This document shows, one piece after another, positions 57,905-64,000 of a DNA stretch of 64,000 nt (its first letter is position 1; every line of letters starts with the position of its first letter). The notes beneath the pieces are model-generated. The model was not told the DNA's origin. It searched no databases and saw only the letters and a list, made by a program, of their open reading frames with translations. Both the position numbers and the translations under genes were made by a program. Origin of the DNA: Tubiluchus corallicola (lineage: Eukaryota > Animalia > Priapulida); the NCBI GenBank assembly GCA_030141605.1, contig JAQGDQ010000767.1, positions 1 to 64,000 on the forward strand, read 5' to 3'.

Positions 57905-60900
57905 ATGTTGCGTAAGTTGCGTCGACACCCGGTATTGCTAGCTTTCTTGTACATTAGCTCAGTTCTTGTGATGCATAAACTCATTGCTGGCGACGTATCC
58001 ATTCATATTAATGATAAGTTATTCATTGAAAAAAGGAGCGGCACATTGTCGAAAATTACCACCGGAATCACTATGCTAACCGCGCCTTTCAGCAGTTGGA
58101 CTGTTCAGCCTCTTCAGCCTCTTCGGTTAGTTTTGACGAACTCAAAGCCAAAACGTGCCGACACTATCATAATGATAGAGGCGACAAATACTACTACTCA
58201 AAATCACACCTTTGACGATGCAAAACGTTCCAATTTGGTTTCACCAGATGAGCCTCGGAAAGTTGTTTGTGGTAACAAGACTTTAATTGTGGAGTAAGTA
58301 CTTAAAAATTACTAACATGCTTAAAACTTAGTAAAGCCCTGAAACCTAAAGTACTTATTAACATTTTACTGCTATAAGTGTTATGAGTGTGGAGAAAGTA
58401 CTATTTAACTTTCTAGAACCCTTAATACTTACTAAAGCAGGGAAAACTTGTTAACATTTTACTGCTGTAAGTGCTGACGAGTGTGGAATAAGTGCCACTT
58501 AATTTACTAAAGTACTTAAAATTTACTAAAGTACGAAAACGTATTAACATTTTGCTGCTAGAAGTACTATGAGTGTGGAGAAAGTGCTATTTAACATACT
58601 AAAGTACGAAAACTCATTAACATTTCATTGCTTTAAGTGCCGTGAGTGTGGAGCAAATGCCATTTAACTCACTAAACTACCGAAAATCATTAGCATTATT
58701 TTCTACTATAAATATCAATACTTTTTATAAACTTTGGTTACTGCAAACTGGAAGCCATAAGACAGTGACAGGGAATACTTCTTGTGGATGTTTGTAGCAG
58801 GGCCAGAATCTAGGTCGTTATCAAAACTAATCCTCTGAGATGAAACACTGAACCAACTGAAGAGTCTCAGCATTGTTCGGATATGAATGCATTGACGCAT
58901 TGATGAATGGTTTTACTCATATCTTTGCACTTCGGGAAGAGTATCTTCGCACACAAATAATTATTTAGTGAAGTTATAATACAGGCTGTTCCAAAAGAAA
59001 TAGCGCACTAACAAATGCTATAAGCAGGCTGCATAAGATTATGGATATCCATAAAATAAGACCAAAAATCCATAAAATAAAATTTCAAAAATCCAAAAAA
59101 TAAGCTATTTTATTTATTTTATGCATATCCATAATCTTATGCACCCTGGCTATAAGCATACCTATATTACAGCATAGAGAATGCAGTAAGTCTGTATATT
59201 TCTCCAGGATATTTCTATAGTATTGCTTATTTTGGAACAACCTGTACGTAGAACGCATGAGCTTTATAGAGCATTGCAATGAAAACTACTATGGCACCCA
59301 GTATTCATCTATATTTTTTTGCGATTTGTTCAGCTCATTTCTACTATAGCACTTCTTTTAGAACACCCTGTAGGTAAAGTGTACAAGCTATGTAGAGCGT
59401 CGGAGTACCGCTTCTTTTAGAACACTGTGTGTAGAATATATAACGTAAACACCAGTCTGTGTGAAGTGTGTGAAGCAGCACCCCACTAATTTTAACTTAC
59501 GAGCCGCCCCTGCCGTTGTGGAAGAAAAGTTTCTATTAAAAAGCCAGTTTTCTAGTCATTGATACTCTGTGATTTCATTTCAATCATCAAATCTTTTTAC
59601 TTCAGCCCAGTTCCGGGAGGTCCGGGAGACATGGGCAAGCCAATAATGACAAAGAAGGAGGAACTGACGCCCGAACAACGTCATCTCTATAATCGCGGCA
59701 TAGCCAAAAATGGTTTTGATGAGTATTTGAGTGACCAGATATCTTTACGTAGGCGTTTACCTGATATGCGACATCCAGAGTAAGTTAGTACTAGTTTCTT
59801 GCTTGTCAGGGGAAGTAAATTGCTATAATTACATTGTAATTTCTTAATTTTTACTTTATATAGTAATGCATTTTTTGGATTTACTATTGCGCTTGACTAA
59901 GCTGTTCATGAGCCATAGATATAATAACACCTTGATTAGTGAACTCGTTGGGCAAGTTTAGGGGATGGAGCAGAATGGAGCAAAAGAGAGTTGTCAGATT
60001 AGCAGAAAGCGAGAATTCTGGCGCGGAAATTTGTTCCTTTATTTTGTTATGAACTACTTGCTTTTATATTAAACTTTTGTGAATTTGTACCCAAGAAGTT
60101 AGAAGTATGTCAGCTCTACAAACTGTAACATTACTCCTTTTTGTCTTAAATTTCAATGGTTTCCACTATACCATCATTGCCACCATTCATTCGTTACAGC
60201 CATCATAATCTTGTGAACTTATTAAAGCAAATGAGGCCAACATGATTAACGGCAGCAACGCGGTCATATGTTTATCAACTGAAGGTGCTTTTGTGGTGTT
60301 ATTTTTAGCTGTTTGAAGCAATCCTACGTGAAGAACTTACCCACGGTCAGCGTGATCATTGTATTCCACGAGGAGGCGCTGTCTGTTTTACTGCGGACCG
60401 TACACAGCGTCTTGGACAGATCTCCGGCTGACATCCTACACGAGATAATACTTGTAGATGATTTTTCTAAGAGAAGTAAACCTTAAATTTCATTTTTTGT
60501 AAAAAGAATGTAAACAGTCCATATTACTATGTGTATATGCATATATATCCATAAACGTTGGTTATTGTTGTGACCATTTTATGCACTTTGGTGTGATATA
60601 AACGAAGCTGTAATTCAGCATTTAGCATTTTTGCTGGGAAGTAAATAGATCTTTTCTTAAAGAGTTAAACAGCCAGAATCGGCACGGCGAGTTAAACTTT
60701 CCAGAGTAAGTATTTAAGTTAGGTTGTCACCAACTATTCACTCACCAGGTTTAATTTTGGTCACAGTGAACACTTGGCTGTATACCCCGTCTTATGCCAG
60801 CTGTTGTTTTTTGCTTAATGCATTGATATTGTTGTTGCAACTCCTACTGTTGAAATCACTGTCATGGAAATCACGACAAGTGGACGGTCTGGCATATTGC

Positions 60901-62820
60901 CAGCTGTGACAGCAGCAACAATGGCAACAATATAAACAAGAGCTTCCGTTACTGAGGCCATTGTGACAACCTGCTAAATGTGTAGTACCAGTAGACAATG
61001 TGACTCTGAGTATCTTGAAGTATTTGTTTCTAAACTTGGTAGTAAATATTGTCACTGTGAGTATAGGAGAGTATTGGTTTCAAAACCAGTTTCTTACCAG
61101 CAAAAATCTTTGCATCTTATTGGTATAGATTTTTGTCTTAATTATGTGCTGATTAGTATTGGCTAAAACATATCTTGAAACGTGGTCTTGACATTTGTTC
61201 TACTTTGTACAGGAAAAACTTAATTTTGCTGTGCCTGGTAGATACGTTGTCGCCTGTTTTCCTCTCTTTCCGAGGAGCTATAAAATTTCCTCCGAGATCC
61301 CCACCAAGCACCTCTAGGTCGTTTTTAGATGGAGTAAAATTAGACATTTCTGGAGGTTTTGCTCGCTGTTCTCAGAGAAACTTCCTCCAAAAAAATGTCA
61401 TAACAGTCTATAGGGGGTCTTGGAGAGAAACTCATCGATCTTTGGAAAGAGGAGAAATCGGGCCATGTGATGAAGTGGATCTCTTTTACCAGGATGAAAG
61501 GCTTGGGGTTAGATTTGGGGAAAGTCTTTCTCCGGATTACTCTGTAATTTATTTGAACTTGAATTGTTCTTTCATTATCTGGTGACAGAGAGCTGCTACT
61601 TTTTACAGGTCATACAAACAAACCCCTGGAAGAATATGTGAGTACGATGAAAAAAGTAAAGATTGTCAGAGCGAGCAAAAGAGAAGGTCTTATTCGAGCT
61701 CGGCTAATAGGAGGGAAACATGCCTCGGGAGAAGTCCTAGTCTATCTGGATTCACATTGCGAGTGTACAGAAGGTAAGCTTCTCTTGAGTAGTTATCTGT
61801 TCGGGTATTTTTGTTGGCTAATCACGTGGTCTAGAGGGCAGATCGTTCACTTCACTCTTAGGAAATTTTCTCTATACTTGTTTTGGAGGTGTAACTTTGG
61901 GTGTGGTTTGCATTTTTGTAGTCAGTTTGATTGTTTGTCATTAAAGGAAACTTTTTTCATGGTTTTTGACAATGTCCAATTGACAATCGTATCTTATACA
62001 GGTTGTACCTAAAATTTTGCCAAAGGTTTACATCATTTAGCAAACGTCTTAATGCATATGTAGTCTAGATAGCTTTTGTCTTTTTTAGATATACATTTTA
62101 AGATTTTTTTTGTTCTTTTTTTAGTTGAGGAAATTTTTAAAGTTTGGTCTATACAGTGTTCCCTCACTTATGGCGGTGTTCCATTCCAGGCCCACCCGCG
62201 ATAAGTGAATTTCCGCGATGTAGGGACGCTATACTCATTTAATACTTACAGTTTTGGATGGCATCGTAGGGTTTGAATAAATTCTGTCTCTAACAAAAAT
62301 TTCACAAATAGCGTACAAGAAAACAAATTGCAGGGTACCTCAGCCAATCAGCGACTGGGATACAGATCAGCATTATCTGGTTGGTCGCTTTCCATCAATC
62401 AACCAATTGTGTGTTGTGTACAATCTCACGTCGGTACGTAGCGTCTCAAGCGGGCGCAAGTACTACATTTCGTTTTTGATGTGTATTCATCCGCCGAATA
62501 AATACACTATTTACTGTAACTGATAATGCTTCATACAGACAGAAGAAGTGTAAAATCGTTTAGCTTCTACCGCACGAGTTTTTTCCTGCAGGCTGGCTTC
62601 CAGCACTTATTGACCCCATCGCGCGGAACAACCGGACCGTTACCGTTCCCGTCATTCCCGTCATTGGTACTAAAGACTTTGCTTTCGAAAATTCAGCACT
62701 TCCAGAGAACATTCAGGTGGGAGGCTTTGCCTGGACACTCATTTTCAACTGGCATGTTTTGCCACCAGGGGAACAGCAGCGCCGGGTTTCTGAAGGCCTT
62801 ACAAGCGTCGACCCAATCAG
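57905..62820 (+). CDS. GALNT: Polypeptide N-acetylgalactosaminyltransferase copy 2 (5' part; exons 6-11 expected beyond 64000)
   Basis: Exons 57905-58293, 59606-59779, 60309-60475, 61609-61773, 62592-62820. GT-AG with the same phases as copy 1, open frame, YLDSHCEC DxH motif. Exon 5 is one codon shorter than in copy 1. Confidence 0.95.
59025..59148. mobile_element. 124-bp MITE inserted in GALNT2 intron 1 after the duplication
   Basis: TIR CAGGCTGCATAAGATTATGGATAT/ATATCCATAATCTTATGCACCCTG with a perfect TSD gctataag. Copy 1 has the empty site at about 18291-18298. Confidence 0.9.
60794..61523. mobile_element. About 730-bp insertion specific to GALNT2 intron 3 (probable degraded retroelement)
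   Basis: Absent from the copy 1 intron and flanked by a gtctt direct repeat (60789-60793 / 61524-61528). Family not recognisable. Confidence 0.55.
62154..62519 (-). mobile_element. Truncated inverted copy of the 713-1177 mariner MITE in GALNT2 intron 4
   Basis: TA|CAGTGTTCCCTCACTTA terminus. The interior (ggtcgctttccatcaatcaacc...gtattcatccgccgaataaatacactatttactgta) is the reverse complement of 940-1080. Confidence 0.85.
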
Positions 62821-63647
62821 GTACGCCAAAATTTAGTGGTCCTTTTATTCATTACAATGGAGAAGGACGATAGGTGAACAAATTTAGTGAATTAAATTGT
62901 AATTGGATGAGTATAAATTTTACTGATCTGTAAGGATTAGATAAGGAAACGATAGTGTTAAGATCTCTTATGTTCGTAACCAAGATGTAGAGTTTATAGT
63001 AAAACTAGTAGACTTATAGGAGTTCACGCCAAATTGACCAAGGATTAAAAACCCTTACACTATTTAAAGAGGTGCACTTTCTCAGTGCTTCCATAATGCG
63101 TGGATTTTTTTTAAGTTCGCGCAGTGTATCTCCTGTATCTTGCATGTTAGGACTCAAAATAATGCATACAATCAACATCAGAGGTAGTATAAAACAGACA
63201 GAAATTTTATTATAAGAACAAGGTATAAAATTATCTTAAAAAATTTTAACATCAGCTAAAATTCGAATAAGTTTTGCTTTTAACGGCCTTTCCAATTGTA
63301 ACGACGGGTTTACGCTAGTGAGTTTTCACTTGTGAACACTCCCTGAGAGTAAACTCAGCAATTCTCAGAAAGTTTGCAAAAACTTGCCGACACAACTCGC
63401 AGAGTCCGCGATAAACTTGCGAGCTTCTGGTCAGAGGGAAAACTCACGAGAGAAAACTGTCTAGTCTAAACGCGCCATTAGTATGATGAGCAAGATTACA
63501 TTGGTGTGCATTATGCGTATTATTTGAGACTTAATGAGTGCCAAGCTGATTGGCAAAGTTTGATTGGTAAGGGTAAGTTCATACTGGGTACCTTGAATGC
63601 ATTTTCTCATGCATGGAGGCTTTGGTCGCATGTTTGCATGTTAAATG

Positions 63648-64000
63648 TACCCAATACTAACGTATTGTGGGAGACGGTACTCGATAGTAATGTATTATGG
63701 GAGACGGTACCTAATACTAACGTATTATGAGAGACGGATCCCAATACTAACGTTTTATGGGGGACAGTACCCGATAATAACGTATTATGGGGGACGGAGC
63801 CCGATACTAATGTTTTATGGGAGACGGTACCCAATACTAACGTATTATGGGGGATGGTACCCAATACTAACGTATTATGGGGGATGGTTCCCGATACTAA
63901 CGTATTATGGGGGACGGTACCCGATAGTAACATATTGTGGGGGACGGTACCCGATACTAACGTATTATGGGGGATGGTTCCCGATAGTAACGTATTATGG
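63648..64000. repeat. 30-bp tandem repeat (paralogue of 14310-14720)
   Basis: Unit cgtattatgggggacggtacccgatactaa. Confidence 0.95.

Larger units (their letters stand above)
56997..64000 (+). repeat. Inverted segmental duplicate of about 14300-19771 (GALNT upstream region, exons 1-5 and introns); continues beyond the window
   Basis: Collinear reverse-complement match including introns, starting attcacgacattaatacacaatacaataataaaagtag. Confidence 0.95.

Noticed and set aside
58715-58935. Possible extra exon in GALNT2 intron 1
   Set aside because: The plus-strand frames I translated hit stops, and exon 1 splices in phase to exon 2 without it.
62526-62873. 115-aa plus-strand ORF over GALNT2 exon 5 suggesting a frameshift or pseudogene
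   Set aside because: The true exon (62592-62820) is read in another frame and is open with correct phases. No disabling lesion was seen in exons 1-5.

Overview
AT-rich, intron- and repeat-rich animal (invertebrate-like) genomic DNA. I reconstructed five spliced genes by hand from GT-AG boundaries with consistent phases. (1) A complete 11-coding-exon polypeptide N-acetylgalactosaminyltransferase (GALNT/ppGalNAc-T, GT27 plus ricin-B lectin, 652 aa) on the minus strand at 8189-18906. (2-4) Three 3-exon claudin/PMP22-superfamily tetraspan genes: A minus 21414-27042, B minus 36538-41255, C plus 46147-51306. (5) A recent inverted GALNT paralogue on the plus strand from 57905, running off the window after exon 5. 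The main structural signal is that two blocks (non-coding block D, 2556-6272, and GALNT plus its upstream region) each occur twice in inverted orientation and in permuted order around the claudin cluster: D, GALNT-rev, middle, D-rev, GALNT. This fits an inversion formed by staggered breaks, or a duplication through a circular intermediate. The two GALNT copies are very similar even in introns, but have a dense cluster of amino-acid changes in the predicted acceptor-peptide-binding segment, suggesting diverging specificity. The rest is non-autonomous DNA transposons (Tc1/mariner, hAT, Kolobok- and piggyBac-like), LINE and SINE fragments, minisatellites and microsatellites. All alignments were done by eye and no database searches were run.
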